From positions 2,480,001 to 2,544,000 of the forward strand of contig CM074806.1 in NCBI GenBank assembly GCA_037447605.1: a DNA stretch of 64,000 nt, given 5' to 3'. The notes under the pieces were generated by a model. That model was not told the origin of the DNA. It saw only the letters and a program-made list of their open reading frames with translations, and made no database searches. Every line of letters begins with the position of its first letter. Position 1 is the first letter of the stretch. Positions 12,201 to 26,200 of the stretch are shown here, piece by piece. Both the position numbers and the translations under genes were made by a program. This DNA is from Zygnema circumcarinatum SAG 698-1b. Lineage: Eukaryota; Plantae; Zygnematophyceae.

Positions 12201-15200
12201 CTTCGTTGCTGCACTTTGGCCCCACTCCCCCTCGTCTACCTCTCTCCCAGCTTCCCATTCGCAACGATCTCCCTTTACAGACATCGCGGAAGTAAAATTT
12301 TCGCCCCATTCATCACTAATAACCTTTCCCAAATATTCACTCTTCGTTTGCAAACATTGCTCTCGTTCTGCTGTTCCTATTCTACTCTCATCCGTCCTAG
12401 GAGGTTCAACCCTATTTCCCTGACAGTCGGAGCCACCCACTGAACCTGCAAGCCATTGCTCAGCAAACAGCATACTTCCTCCATGATTTTCCTTTATCGC
12501 TGTGTAATCAAGAGTCAGCTTCCATGCAACTAATGTAGAGGCTTCGCCAGTAATGCCTGCGATATATACAAGTGCAGAGCCACCGTTGCTCTCTGGATTG
12601 CCTTCTGACTGGATAACAGCATGTAACACATAGACCCCCTCCACACCTCCTCGAAAGCAACCGTCTTTGGGCAGCTCCAACATACAAAGAGGCTTCGTGC
12701 CCAAGTCAAGGGAGGCTTTGGTGGCTTCTGCTCCTTTGTTCACCCCTTCCTGAACCCCACTTGATGGTTCATTGTTTTCAATATCTCCTCCACACTCTGA
12801 AACGAGCAAAACCTCAACACCTTCTTGGTGAGCTCGAAGCAACACCTTACTGCCACCTGGCAGAAGTAGAGAAGCCCACGCCAACAGCTGAAGGGTTGGT
12901 CGCTCCTTGGACGCCAAATGAAGGTTCTCCTTTTTTTCAAAATTCCCAGAGTCTGCTGGGAATGATACAAGCGATGTTACTGAGGGGTTCGCATTCTCCA
13001 GTCTGCTCGTCTCGGCTGAGTTCGACCTATTCTTCTCTGTCCCGGCAATACGCCCACATACCTTCCAAAGGCCACCATTTCCCGGACTTTCAAGCGGGAC
13101 TAGCAACCTCGGGCAGCTGAGAGTTTCAGCTCGCCAGAGGAGGATAGCCCCACACTGATCTATGCTTGCTACCAGGCCCGCCCCAGGAGCTGCATGCACA
13201 GCTGTGCTTACAACATTCGCCTCATGCCCATCACGATGAAAGACTTCACTGGACAGCCCCCATGTGCTTCTCTTAAAATAGCTCCCTGTTTGACCGGTGG
13301 TGCTATATCCTCCTCCCCCATTACTGTTTCCACCTCGGCCTCCACCGCCAATTGCTGAAACTGGTGGCCACATGCGAGAATAGCGGAATTGCCCATTTCT
13401 GAAGTTTTCAAAGAGTTCGACGGCTGTAGGGGGCCCACCTTTGGATCCAACCGAGCGCTGCACTGCACAGTGGACCACAAGGGATTGCTTTTGAGGCCCC
13501 ACAGAGTGCTTGTTTGCGTCCAGAATTCCGCTATTCTCGGGCAGAGGTTCACACTTTTCAGTATGTGCGGGTAATAGCCCAACTGCCTGCTGCCACAAAA
13601 GCACTCGCGGACAACGTGGAGGGTGCACATCGTCCAAGCAGTGGAGTGCCCAGAGAGTAACGGTTCCTTTAGGACCAACTCCCAGCAGCCACTCACACGG
13701 TGCCACATCACCACCTAAGGCTCCTCCGTGAGTTTCTGAGCTTTCGCAACTTCCCGTCTTCACCTCTTCTGACCATGCCACTGATATATCAGTACCCAGC
13801 CTTCCTCCCAAAAGGCTATTCGCTTCTATGACCGCTCCTACAAAAAAGATTGGTGCTCTTCTCCCTCTTCCGATGCCTCCCCAACTCTCCTCCGTTCTGC
13901 TTCTCCCACCATCAGACTCGAGCCACAGACGAACGACCCCATCAGCGCAGGAAGTGAGTAGAACCTGCCTATATGCGGTTGAGAGTGGCCTAGTTTTCCC
14001 GCCTTCTGCTTCTCCCCCTGGCCGCCATTGAAGCCTCAAAACCTGCTCTGGATGTGGAAGCTCAATAGCAACCACTCCTCCCTCTCCCCTCTCTAAACTA
14101 AGTCCAGGTTTGTCTTCCTCACCTGTCCAACACCACATCCAGATGGTTGCAGTCTTCTTGGCTCTGCCACTATGCACACGGCCCGCAAAAAAGCTCTCTC
14201 CCAGTGAAAGAATTTCTTCACCCGCTGCATCTGCAGTTGCTGCGAGCCCCTCTGCACACCACGAGGCTGCTGCTAGACTCTGTTTGAGAGCTGGGGAGAA
14301 CTGCCACAGCTGGCAAAAGGCCTCCCCAGGAGTGCGTGGCGACTCCACACGCTGCCACATCACCACTTGATGGTCTCCTGAGCAGAGAATGCCGTCACCG
14401 GAGGCCGTCCAGGAGAGGGCAACAACAGGACACTGATGGCTCAGGATTTGTACGGATCTCCAGACAAGAGGAAGACCTGTAAAGGAAGGAATGATTCAGA
14501 AAGGAAAGAGGAAAATGAGGATGAGAAGGACGAGGTCTATTGCCCAAAATAATAGGGCTTAAGCAGCTAGTCACACGATTCCAAATTACTTTCTTTCCAG
14601 ATGTCTTCTTAGCGCTTCTTGCTTCCAAAGTTGGTAAATGTGGTATTACTCTAAGACTGGACAGAATTCAGTGGCGCTCAGTGTAAGTCCCCCGTTCTAA
14701 AAAACTGGCAAAGCATTTGATGTGAGATGCGTGCTGCCTTAAAGGAAAAAAAGAAAAACATCAAAAACTTAAAAGCACTAGCCAAATAATTTATAATGAA
14801 TTTTCCTGTATTCTTTCAAAAAGTCGTTTAGATTTCTCGTGAATTCTATTTAATAGAGTTTAACGTTGCTTCGTTTTTTGCTGAATGCAATGAGAGTATT
14901 AAACAATGCCGTCGCATTTCGTAGTTCGTGTAAAGTAATATCTAAGCTGTCGTGTGTCAGGCCCATGGCAACTTGCTATTCGAATTGGCCTTCAAAGAAT
15001 GCACACAGACAGCTGGCCTGAGGTTCGAGCTTCCAAAACTGAATATAGATTAAACTAGGAAAAAAACGTTCCTTTTGACACAAGACTATTAAAGTGAGGA
15101 TAATGCTTCATCGTGGTTATTTTCACTACTAAAAGCAAATTTCCCACAAACGAGAGCTTCAACTTTGCTACTGAAAGATGCAAAAGAAGAATAACGGTAG

Positions 15201-15894
15201 GACTAAATTATGCTGCTCGAACCCGAAAAAAAAAACCCAAAATTTAGCTAAAAAGTAGTTTTGAAACGCTGATCATATAATGCCGTCTGAAACCCTGTGA
15301 TTATGACTAATTCACATAATTAAATAATATCACGCAACAAGAAGCAAAAAAGGCACCTGGCACATTGCCGGTAGCTGTTAAGCTTTGGGGTTCGATAAGG
15401 TGAACTCTGCTCCCACTTGCTGCAATCAAGGCACCAAGAAACTTCCCAGAAGTTTCCCACGCGACGCACACAACATCCTCCTTCTCTTTCACTTCCGTTC
15501 TCACTTCTGTAGCCAACTCTGCTGCATTCTTCCTTTCCAAAAACGCTCCTTGTTCCTCAGCTTGATTGCTGTCCAATCCAACATTCTCCTCTATACCCTG
15601 GTCTCCATTCTTCCACAGCTTCCTGCTGCTCACATTGAATTGACATTTTTCTGGAAGCTCATCTGCATCCGCCGCCACGTCAAGGACTTGCTGGAAGAAT
15701 TGATAACTGGCAGCCTCTGCAGGCTGAGAAGGAGACGGAGCAGATTGTATGACGACAGCGCTGCGAGCTCCATAGGCGATCCAGCTGGCGCCTGCAAATG
15801 CTCGCAGCCATGACACTGCGCCTTCCCTTGAACTTGGCAGCGGAGGCATGACCTGCTCCACTGCCAGCTGGAAGGGCGCATTTGGAGTTCCCAT
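3275..15894 (-). CDS. DMXL: DmX-like / rabconnectin-3alpha / RAVE subunit Rav1-type giant WD40 protein (V-ATPase assembly regulator), 16 exons, about 3,022 aa
   Basis: GT-AG exons: 15894-15357, 14476-11186, 10841-10286, 10170-9942, 9739-9575, 9350-9066, 8902-8663, 8526-8017, 7883-5913, 5763-5707, 5553-5146, 5035-4812, 4533-4400, 4063-3878, 3730-3558, 3376-3275 (sum 9,069 nt, divisible by 3). Rav1_C-type motifs AALKNAYVLMSQHRFELAAAFFVLGG and DCALLYMAL. C-terminal WD40 repeats (LVLWDTLAPP, GGKGGDIAVHDFRF, SGSKDGDMKLWD). Confidence 0.92.
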
Positions 15895-15989
15895 TGCTCA
15901 GACGCATCTGCTCACCACCACCGCACTCTGAAGCCTCACTCCGACTTCACACTTCCCCTACACTCTCCTCCCTCCCCTCCACTTTTCCC

Positions 15990-16260
15990 TCCCCTCTCTC
16001 CTTCCGCTCTCATCTCCCCCGTCCCCCCCTCCCTCATGAGAGGCGAGCGCCAACCGGAAGCAGCATTGGCGAGGGCCACTTCGCACGCGCGGGCCCGAAC
16101 CGGGCGCGCGCGCTCGCTGCCACGTGTCGCGCGGGCGAGCGAGGGCGCGGGCCGTACGGGTCCCTTTCGGGCGCCGTACGGTCGGCCGGCGCTTCGCTCG
16201 CGCGGGACCGCCCACGTTGATGGCGGCCGCGCCCTTTTCCCCTCCATACTCTCTCCACCG
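15990..16260 (-). promoter_or_regulatory. GC/CpG-rich promoter island of the DMXL gene with G-box and paired CCGTACGG palindromes
   Basis: Sharp GC rise just upstream of the ATG at 15894, CACGTG at 16121-16126, and two GCCGTACGG copies around 16150-16185. Confidence 0.5.
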
Positions 16261-16710
16261 GCCTCTCTCACGCTCCACCTCCCACTCCCTCTCCCTCTCC
16301 CCGGCGCTCTCCTCCCTCCTCCCCTCTTTCCCTCTCCCTCTCCCTCTCCCGGCGCTCTCCTCCCTCCTCCCCTCTCTCCCTCCCGGCGCTCCCTCCCTCC
16401 CTCCCTCCCGGCGCTCTCCTCCCTCCTCCCCTCTCTCCCTCTCCCTCTCCCTCTCCCGGCGCTCTCCTCCCTCCTCCCTTTTCCTCCCTCTCCCTCTCCC
16501 CGGCGCACTCCTCCCTCCTCCCGTCTCTTCCCTCTCCCTTTCCTCGGCGCTCTCTTCCCACCCTCTCTCCCTGTCCCTCTCCCTCTCCCCGGTGCTCACC
16601 TCCCTCTCTCCTGTCCCTCTCCCTCACCCCGGTGCTCACCTCCCTCCCTCCCAATCTCTCCCTGTCCCTCTCCCACTCCCCGGCGCTTTCTCTCCCCACC
16701 TCTCTCTAGT
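16260..16710. repeat. Polypyrimidine/polypurine minisatellite with recurring CCGGCGCTC anchor
   Basis: Ten anchor copies at about 16301, 16349, 16383, 16408, 16456, 16500, 16544, 16589, 16629 and 16680, embedded in almost pure C/T sequence. Confidence 0.9.
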
Positions 16711-17204
16711 CTTTGAATGGGTTTGTTGATCACGGGGGGGCTGCTGCGAGAATGTTTGGCTTGGGTTGCGCGTTGCAGCAGGTGGTCCCTGGCCCAAAAG
16801 GGAACAGTTTCAACAAAAGGCAAAAAAGTGGATATTTCCAGCCGTGCTTGCGCACGAGTCGAGCAAAAATAAATTGAATTAATGATAACCATCAAATCTC
16901 GAGCTATATGTACTGACGACATGCTTTTCTCTGACGCTTAATCCAATGGGTTTCTCAACCCCCGCAGGGGTGTTGTGCTGCCAACCTGCACCAGCTGTAC
17001 ACTGTCTACAGCCCCACCGGAAGCGTAATTTTACTATCAGGCTCAAATAAAACGGATAAGCAATTGTGGCTCAGCGGCTCTCTAAAAAAGAGAGAAAAAA
17101 AAAAACTACCCAAAATGCTTTTATCACAGAGAGCCACCATTGACCCCCGGCCCCCCTCCACCCCCCCGCCGCACATGTATCTCCGATGAGCATTCTTCAG
17201 GAAG

Positions 17205-20200
17205 TCAAACATCTTTGGCTGACAATGCCTTCTCGTAAAGCTCCACATATCGCTGTGAAGACTCTCCCCAGCTAAAGTCCATCTTCATCGTCTGCCTCAC
17301 AAGATTCCACCACCACTCCGGCTTGTCGAAGTAATAGTTCAGCGCTCGGTCCAATGCATAGTTCAGACCCTGAAAGCAAAAGGAAGGGGTAGTCCCACAC
17401 AGAAGAGCCTTGGCAGCTCGGTTAGGTCGAGTTTTAGAGCAATTCACAGTTGTCAGACTGCAGGACAAGGAAGTGAAGCATGAGAACAACTCTGATACTT
17501 GCAATAGTTTAAGCAATGACTCACACAGGTCTCCTACCGCGCATTCTCTGCCACTCCAAACAGTGAATAAGATTTTTCAACTGAGTAATGCCACTGAGTC
17601 CCCCGCTCGAAGGTGCCGCTCACCCAAACAAAAAAACTATGCTCGGCAACACACGGCTTGGATAAAATTGCTAAGAGTGCTGTGCCTCTGACTGCTAGTC
17701 ACAAAACCCATACCATATGGCAGGCCACACGAACGTGAAAGCATTTTATCTCCCACCTAACTCTTCTAACGACAACCTTCATGCAAAATTCACCTTTTCA
17801 TCAGTCGCTGTGAAGGTGAACCCATTCTTTCGTTGTTCGGGAATGTTGGCGTCATCCACATCAAACACACTGTCAAGAGTCACAGCCAGCAAAAGCTCAT
17901 CTGTCAGCTCCAATTCTCCCCTGGCTTCTCCACCGACAGGGAGCTACAAAACCAATACTCCAGAGAAACATACAACACCTTTCTCTGACTACACAATATG
18001 CTATGTTGTCTCACTACGAATGTGTACAAACCACAGCGGAATGCAGCACATGTTCGTTAGCAGCCCACCTGTCTGCGAGACCTCCGGTTTTGCGAACCAC
18101 AGGGATGGATCCATAACGCATCGCAATCAGCTGCACCAAGGTACAAAAATAGCCCATTTAGGCTTGTGAAATCGCCTGCCTTGTGGCTCTCGCCCCGCGG
18201 CAATTGATTATAACCACAGTCCATACCTTAACTGATCTCTAGTTGCTCCAGAAATATCGAAATAAGACAGCCAATGAACACTAAGGGTGCAGTCTAACTA
18301 GAAGCAAGTGATTTATGGCTGTGAGCATCAACTCCGTTCTGAAGTATCCCATCAAGTAATCTCTAGAAGTTTTACCTCCCATCTTGATCTGTTTTACTCC
18401 AAGATTCCTGCACCGAGTGGACGTAAACATGAGATTTGCGGCCCCCACAAAGGAACTGAATAAATTCTACCTGTGTGAGTCCGCAAGGCTCAAATATGGA
18501 TGGGATGACGAACAGGTCCGACCCTGCGAAGATGGAATGCGAGAGCGCTTCATCGTATTTCAGCAGCAAACGCACGTCCTGATGATGCTCAAATTGCCGC
18601 GCCAAGTTCTCAAAGTCCCTCTGCAATCATGCAGCTCCACGGACTACATGAGACAACATAAATGCGGCACAATACGGACGACAGAGTCTGGTTTAAAAAG
18701 CCCCTTGCAAAGTCATGAGCAAAAAAACTTAAAAAATTGGTCGTCGCCATGAGACACATGCCTGTATACAAAAATCACGAGTAGTTCATTTGCAAGGAGA
18801 GACAGCTAAGCTGGAGAATGGACTGTGGAGCATTAAAAGTCCTTGCAAAGCATTATGTCACAGAAACACTTGCAAAAAAACGAGCAATTCATTCAGTTCA
18901 TTTAATCTATCCGAAAATCATATATAATATAATCATCTATATGAATCTCCATCGTTGGATATTGATCCCTTGATTAATCAACAACTGAGACCTACAGATT
19001 TCATAAAAACGGTTCCGACTTTCAAAAAAAACAACCCTATTCGATTTCAAAGAACGAGCAGCATCCCTGACCTGAATCTCCGGCACAGGGCTGGACCCCA
19101 GCAAGACAAACTGCCCCCCCATGTCGCAGGTTCGGTATATCGCATGGCGGATGAGATGGACGCCTTTCTGTGGCACGAGTCTCGTAATGCAGCCGACCTG
19201 TCATCGGACCCACAACCAGCCCGCACATCTGTGACTAAAAGTAGGAATGCGGTCGGGGTATCTAGGGATTTTAGGGTTTTCATAATATGAAAAGGTACCG
19301 CGAGTTACATGATGTATTTTTTTCCCTCATCAGTTCACCCGATAAGGAGGGGAAGAACAAACCAAAGCAACCGGCAAAAAATGGAATGGCAAAAAAATGG
19401 CCAAACAGGAAACCGCCGTCCTTTGCAACTGAGAAAGAAGGCTAAGCTGATCCCTCCCTTTGCGCTGCCGTAGCTGTCATGATAGAGCTGCGGATTCTTT
19501 CTCTCGCCAGATTCCATAGATCAAGAACAACGAACCAAGATGAAGACAAAGGAGGCCCAATGTAGGCGAGAACCCCTCACCAAAGGCTTGTCTATATCTG
19601 TACAAGGAGACAACCCGAGCCGTTTCCTCAGCGCAGCCTTATTCGCCAGCTTGCCCTCCAGCTCGTCCGCGCTGTAGCGGTGGTCCAAGAGGGGGTCGGC
19701 CGCGGGGTCCCACGCCTCGTAGTCGATGCCGTTGAGCACGCCGAAAAACTTCTTCTCAAAGGCAGCAAGGGTCACCTGGAGACCTCGCCCGCCCTGTAGG
19801 CCGACCAGCCCCCCAAGGAGAGAGATAAGGGAGAGGTCTATACTAGGGCGGGGAGGGAGATGGGGACTGCTGCTCAAGGTTTCCGATGCCTACGCATGCT
19901 GGAAAACAATCGTTGCGAGAAATTGTACGGCCACACTGACAGAGGTCGTTGACTTTGCTTGGGTGCTTTTCCCTTTATCTCTATTGATACGATCGTAACA
20001 TGGGGACCCGGAGTGCTGGTAGAGATACGGTTAGCCCTCTATTAAGCTTCTACATGCTGGACCTTCGCATAGATTTCTCTTGTATGTTGAAAGCTCAAAC
20101 GTTCAGACTCCTACAAGACAATCAGTGCTTACCTTTCAGAGATGGGGAGTTAAAGGATTAGATTGGCAGTGAGCTTTTGAGGATAAGGGCCTACAAAACT

Positions 20201-23200
20201 CCGCAGCAGGAGGGAAGGGACTGCTCACTTCTGGGCCGCGAACTTCGACAGCATATGTTGGCGAGACCGTTGTTATGAGATTAGAGTAAACAAAGCCTCC
20301 CTGTAAAAAAGCCCAACACAGAATATACTTCAATAAGGAAGAAGCGAAGCGTAAGAACCTGAGTGCCTAAACAAAAACCTTTTCAGAAAAAGCAACGCCA
20401 AGGCAGTCGCCAGGGGCACAGCGTGAATGTATCGCACACAACTCCATCCGGTCCCAAGTTTGGGACTCAAAACGGCCTCACAGACAGGTGCCTAGTGATA
20501 ATGCACAGGCCACGTATTTCATGTATGTCTGTGGGAATAGAGTGAACCCAAGTCAAGGTTTGGCCGCAGTGGTTAATATGGGAGCTGACTACAGTAGGGT
20601 AGCCACGTCTGTTTGCCGTTTCAAAGTACGAACCAAGAGCGGCCCCCTCCTATATTCGCCGTCACTTTTGAGGGTAAGAGGGCAAACATCCAAAGGGTGC
20701 ACTATTCATTACTCTTTTTTCAAAAGGCGAACATACGTGGTTGCCATACTGGATGAACAGAGAAAGAGGGAGGGGGAGAGGTGGTTTGCTCCTGTTCTCA
20801 ATGGTACAAACATTGCAGGAGTTCTTGCTATATTCTGGAAGCCTGACATTCAAAGGCTGTGCCAATAACTCTAACCAGCGATGAATCTTAAACAACAAGA
20901 ACATACCAGCTGTACCCAAAGCACCAACCAAGCCCCAACATCTCTTTCTGACCTTGAGAAGGTTGACTCGGTCGGGCATGAAGTTGTCCTGCATGCGGTC
21001 CTGCCGAAAGTGGGACTGCACGTCGAGGCCGCACGAGGCGAGGGCGCGAGGGCTGTCACTTCCCTGATACTCAAAATTGTGGCAGGTGAAGGCAACCTTG
21101 GCAGAGGTGAAGCCCTGGGGATAGTATATGTCCCAGTAAAGCGGAGCCTGGCAAAAAAACCGAAAACAGTGAGAAACAGTGAGGCTAAGGAGAGTGAGGA
21201 AGGCTCTGCTGCTTAAAGCAGGGGTTTCGGAGCCGGTTTGATGAGGGCGGGGTCCAAGATGTTTCCTAACATGTTTTTAAGCAAATGAAAGAAAAGAACT
21301 TCGGAAATCAGCAAGGGCATACCACAACTGCAGTTTGCCAATCGTGACTATGAATGATGTCGGGTCGCTTTCCCGCTTGCATCAAAAACTCTAGAGCTGC
21401 CCGACAGAAAAATGTAAAGCGCTGGAAGTCGTCCCCCTCTCCGTAGAAGGTGCCCCGCCAAAAAAAGCGTGAAGGATGAAGAGGTTCAATAAAATATACA
21501 GGAAGGCCTGAGATCAGTTGAAACCATGAGACAAAGGAACATTCGTGAATAAAATGTATTCATGGCTATACAGTTACGATGGAAAAAATACAGAAAGCCT
21601 CTTCCATTGCTTCATATGCAGCTGTTTCAAGCTCGGCAATGGAAACTGGTACCTTCTACAGTGCCCCTCCAGACAATACTCTTGAACATCTGGCCATCAA
21701 AGTAGGAGTTGAGCTCGTAGTTCATTGCCTGCAATGACAGCACTGAAACAAGATTGAGAAATTCGAATTTCTGTCCTCTGTGGGCCGATCCAATCTCCCT
21801 GCATCTCATCTTTCCTGATCCTATCCTCAACATAAACACCCAAAGCAGAACCTGCTGTTAAGCCTTGCCTGTGCCTACCTCAATGCAGCACATGCACTGC
21901 ACATCTGACATCCGTTCTTGAGTTGCTTAGATAAGCTTCAATTCAGCTTGCCCCTTCCTACATTCGTGTCAACAATACATACCATAAACTAACAAAAGAG
22001 ACAGCAGCCAATTCCCTGAAGATGCTATCGTGTGCTTCTTGTACTGGCAACAGAAGTAATTCTGAATAAGTCGTTTCCCCGTAACGGGTGGAGGGTGATT
22101 CATTAAAGAGTTTAGTGAGAAGCAAACAAAGATTACACTAAACTTGACGAAAGGAAAGATGCTTAAACGAACTGGCGAGAAAACCTTAGAAAACATGGAG
22201 TAGAAAATGAAGTATTGACACAAGAAAGTGCTCCATGCCCTAAGTACAGGGACGACAGATGAATTTGAAAAACCTTCAATGAAGTATTTGACACGCTTCC
22301 TTCCTGTCTACTCAGTGGAACTCCAGTCTTTGGTGGTCATCGGCGGTCATAAACAAAGTCAATATTGAGTGCAAGCCAGCCCGTCTCACTTCCACATTTA
22401 TCTCTTCAAAGCCTTTGCATTCAATAAGCTTAGTGATTAACTACCCTTGATTCCAACTGAAAGCAAGAAAAACATAATGATAATACTGAGGCTCACCTTG
22501 AGACCTTTAATGCGGCTGTAGTCCATGCAGTCGTACTTGGGCAAAACGACTTCCACCAAGTGGCCCTTTGACTGCAGGGCTTTGCCAAGGCCCGTCACAA
22601 CATCCGCAAGGCCCCCTACCTACATCCGCACATGCAACAACATCCCTTTGATCATCCCTCGCTCACAAAAACTATCACAGCACAAAGACGATGATTTGGA
22701 TTGTACTAAGGCTCCATTCACACAGTAAACAAGAACGATACACTAAAAGTTTGCAAACAAAATATCAAATATGCTCACGAAAACGCCAACATTCATGTGG
22801 GTGTGTGCCTGGAACCTCCTTGACCCTCAAGTAAAGAATTACTATGCAGGGTTAAGCAAAGCAAAACTTTTTTGACTATGACATTCCTGGGTGATGCGTT
22901 AAATACAACTTTACTCGTGCTTGTTCCATGCCATGCACACCAGCCAATGGAACAACCACACAAACACAAGGGCCACCAATGCTCTTGAACGAAGTTGAAA
23001 CAGATTCAGCTGTCTCACGCATTTCAAAGAAAAACGCCAGCAATTAACGCCTTGACTTTGCCCAGCATACTCTCCGAAAAAGCGTGGGTTTTCAACTTGT
23101 CAACCGGAGGAAATTGAGGTGCTGGCCTTCATCATTTAGCCCAGCATCAAATGGTCAGTACGGTACGCACTCCATTCCGGAATGGAGTGCGTACCGTGTT

Positions 23201-26200
23201 TTCACCACACTTGACCATCCGCTTGAACTTCATCGCCGAATGGAGCCTGTTGGGATCAATGGAAAATGGACATACCTTTGCAACAGGTGCCATTTCAGCT
23301 GCAATGTGGATGATGTGCATTCCTGGTCTGCATACCCCAATCGATCAACGTTATAAGCCATTTGGAATGTTAAAAAATTGGCAGCACCCAATAAATAGTA
23401 GTTCCATTGTTTAAAAATCTGAGGACAGATGAGAAAAATCCTCATGAAAACTAACCATGCTGCTTTCACCACTGGCTAATCGAGTGTTAAGTAATGACAG
23501 CTGATATCCATTCCTCGTTGGCTTACATGCCTGACAAACGCCACACTCTCATGAAGGATAATCTTCCCTTAGAAAACTATGCTCTACTGTATAAATTCAT
23601 TCCTGCCTTTGGTGAAGCAATATATATGATCATGCTATTTTTTCAACAGATATAGCTACCAGATTACATTTACTTCCGTTTTGAAAATTCCAAGTGACAC
23701 ACAGGAAATTTCTTAACATTCCAAGAGACCATTTATATTGGGGGTATTCATGTCAAGTATGCCATGACTACGCGTGCCTTCTCAGACAGTTTCCCAATCT
23801 TAAGACCCATGAAATGCTCTCAGTCGGACGTTACAACATTGATCTTACCTAGTTTTCCCTCTTAACAAATTTCGCAGCACCTTTGCCAGCTCCGCCTCGT
23901 GCTCAGTCGGCACAGATACGAACGCTTCACTGATCCTTGAATCCCGCCGCCAAGCCATAGACCTTAGCTCCATTCCTTCGTCCTTGGTGAGCTGACCGCT
24001 GAGCATCAAATCGTCTACAACGAGGAGCAGATCACTCCAAAACTCCCACGGCATAGCTCCAACAGGAAGTTGAATTCCATTTGCAGAAATTTCAACGTCA
24101 AGTTGTTCCAGCCTCTGCTGAAATCCTTCAAGCTCAGTCCGATAAAACTCTACAGCTGTTTGCATGTCCTCGTCCGACTGTATCAACCGCTCCTTCAACA
24201 ACTGTACTTGCTCTTGCAGACTCGCCTTCTCCAAATCATTCGACAACCATGTCGACCGCTCAGCTTCCATCTCTGCCAATTGCGCCTGCATCAATTGCAC
24301 CTGTTCCTTCAGGTACCGATTCTGTTTCTCTGTGTCCTGTGCTGCTCCTTTGAGTGGCCTGCTTTGCTTCACCAAAGTTTTCAGCATCTCTACCTCTGCC
24401 TCCAAAAGCTGTCCCTTTGCTCCTAGCTCCTCTAATTGTTTAAGGGATCCTTCAAGCTGCCGCGTTCTTTCCTCACTATGCCCTAGTCTCTCCTGCAACT
24501 TTTCAGTGTGCTCTCTCAGCCATTCGCCCTCTGTCTCAGCCTCGTCTCTGATGTCATTTGCGAGCCGCCTTTCCTGTTCCAGATCTGCCTGCAGCTGCAA
24601 AACGGTTTTCTGAAGGCTATCTCTCTCAGCTTCTACCTGCTCTACAAGAGCTGCCTTCTTTACTGTCATAGCAAGTTGCTTCTGTAAAGTTACTAGTTGT
24701 GTCTGCATTTTCCTCAGTGGAGTATTCTTTCTCTCTGTACTTCCCAAATCCAACTTCAGCTTCTCAATTCGTTTCTCCAACGTAGCTTTTTCTGCTTTTA
24801 CTTTATTCAACTGAAGTTCTATATCTGCAGCTACTTCTAGTTTTTCCCGCAGCTCTTCATTCTCTTTCATTCGCTTTTCTATCTCTAACTTTAATAAAGC
24901 AACTTGCTGTCCCTCATCATCTTTGCTGCCCTCTAAACTGAGCTCCGGATCCTGTGCCTGCTCAGTCATTATTTTTTCCTCTGTTTCCCGTGATGTCGGA
25001 GCGGCCTGCGATACGTTCGCTTGAAGTTCCACCAGCTGCTTCTGCAAAACCTCTATCTGCCTTGCACTGTCTCGCAGACCCTTCACCTCTTTCTCCAAAG
25101 CATCCTTCTCCGCAGCTGCTTGTTCCAGGACCTTCATCTGCCCCTCTGTCTCTTCCAGCTTTTCTTCTAAATCAGCCATTTGACTCCTCAGAGTGTACTT
25201 CTCTGATTCCAACTCTTCCAGATCCTTCGCAACCTCTTCTTCCCTCTCCATCAGTCTTTTCTCAAGGAATGTCATCTGCTCTTCTAAGCTTCTATTCGCT
25301 GCTTGAAGGTCTAACACGCGCTTTTCTTGACTTTCCGCTTCCACTAGCTTATCTTGCAAACCCGCCACCTCCAACTGAAGCTCATCCACCTGCGCTGACC
25401 TTCTTTGGACATTCTCAAATTTCTCCTGCACTTCCTGTATCTGATCCTGCAACATTTCGTTCTTTGCTTTTGTCTGAACTGCCAGAATAAGCTTCGCATC
25501 AGCCTCAGCCAATCGCGCTTGAAGCACTTTCAGTTGGCCTTGAAGAATTTGATTTTGATGTCGTGCTGCATCCAGGTCTTCCAGAGCCCGAGTCCGAACA
25601 CGATTCAGAACAAGGATGTCTGCGACAAGTTCGAGCAAGGTCCTTTAGTTGCAGTAGCATGACCATTGTGCTTGAGAAACAAAGCACACTCCTCAAAGCA
25701 ATTGGATAAATTTATCTAAAGCGACGAATGGCATCCATTTTCGTGGGGTATACAGCAAAAAAGTGCACTGAAAACCATGGACGGAGGGTCTATCAGCATA
25801 CTCTTCTCGGCATCCTTGATCATAACCATCAGGTCGTCCAGTGTTATTGCATTGGTGCTTGCTTTCTGGGCTCTCCTCCCAGCACTCCTCTGTCCCCATC
25901 AAGTCAGCCTCCGTGCCAAAGTTCAGGTCCTATACCACTAATTCCTTTAGTTACGACCAAGCAATATGAACCGACACATTGTACTATCCCTTCAATTGTT
26001 GGATAACCAAAGACAAAATTCAAATATGGATATTTATCTCAGATTATCCGAATATCAATAACGGTTTGCAATCTTGTGAGTTTAGCTCCGTTTCAGGCTC
26101 ATATGTACTGTGTTACAGTCGGAGGGTCAACCGTGCACAGCTTCCTTGACTACCGCTGAACGTTGTTCTCACCCATGACCTGCTGTAAAACGGGAACTAA

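Noticed and set aside
15936-16729. Several ORFs of 140-226 aa
   Set aside because: Products of the CT/GA minisatellite and GC island, which lack stop codons for compositional reasons.
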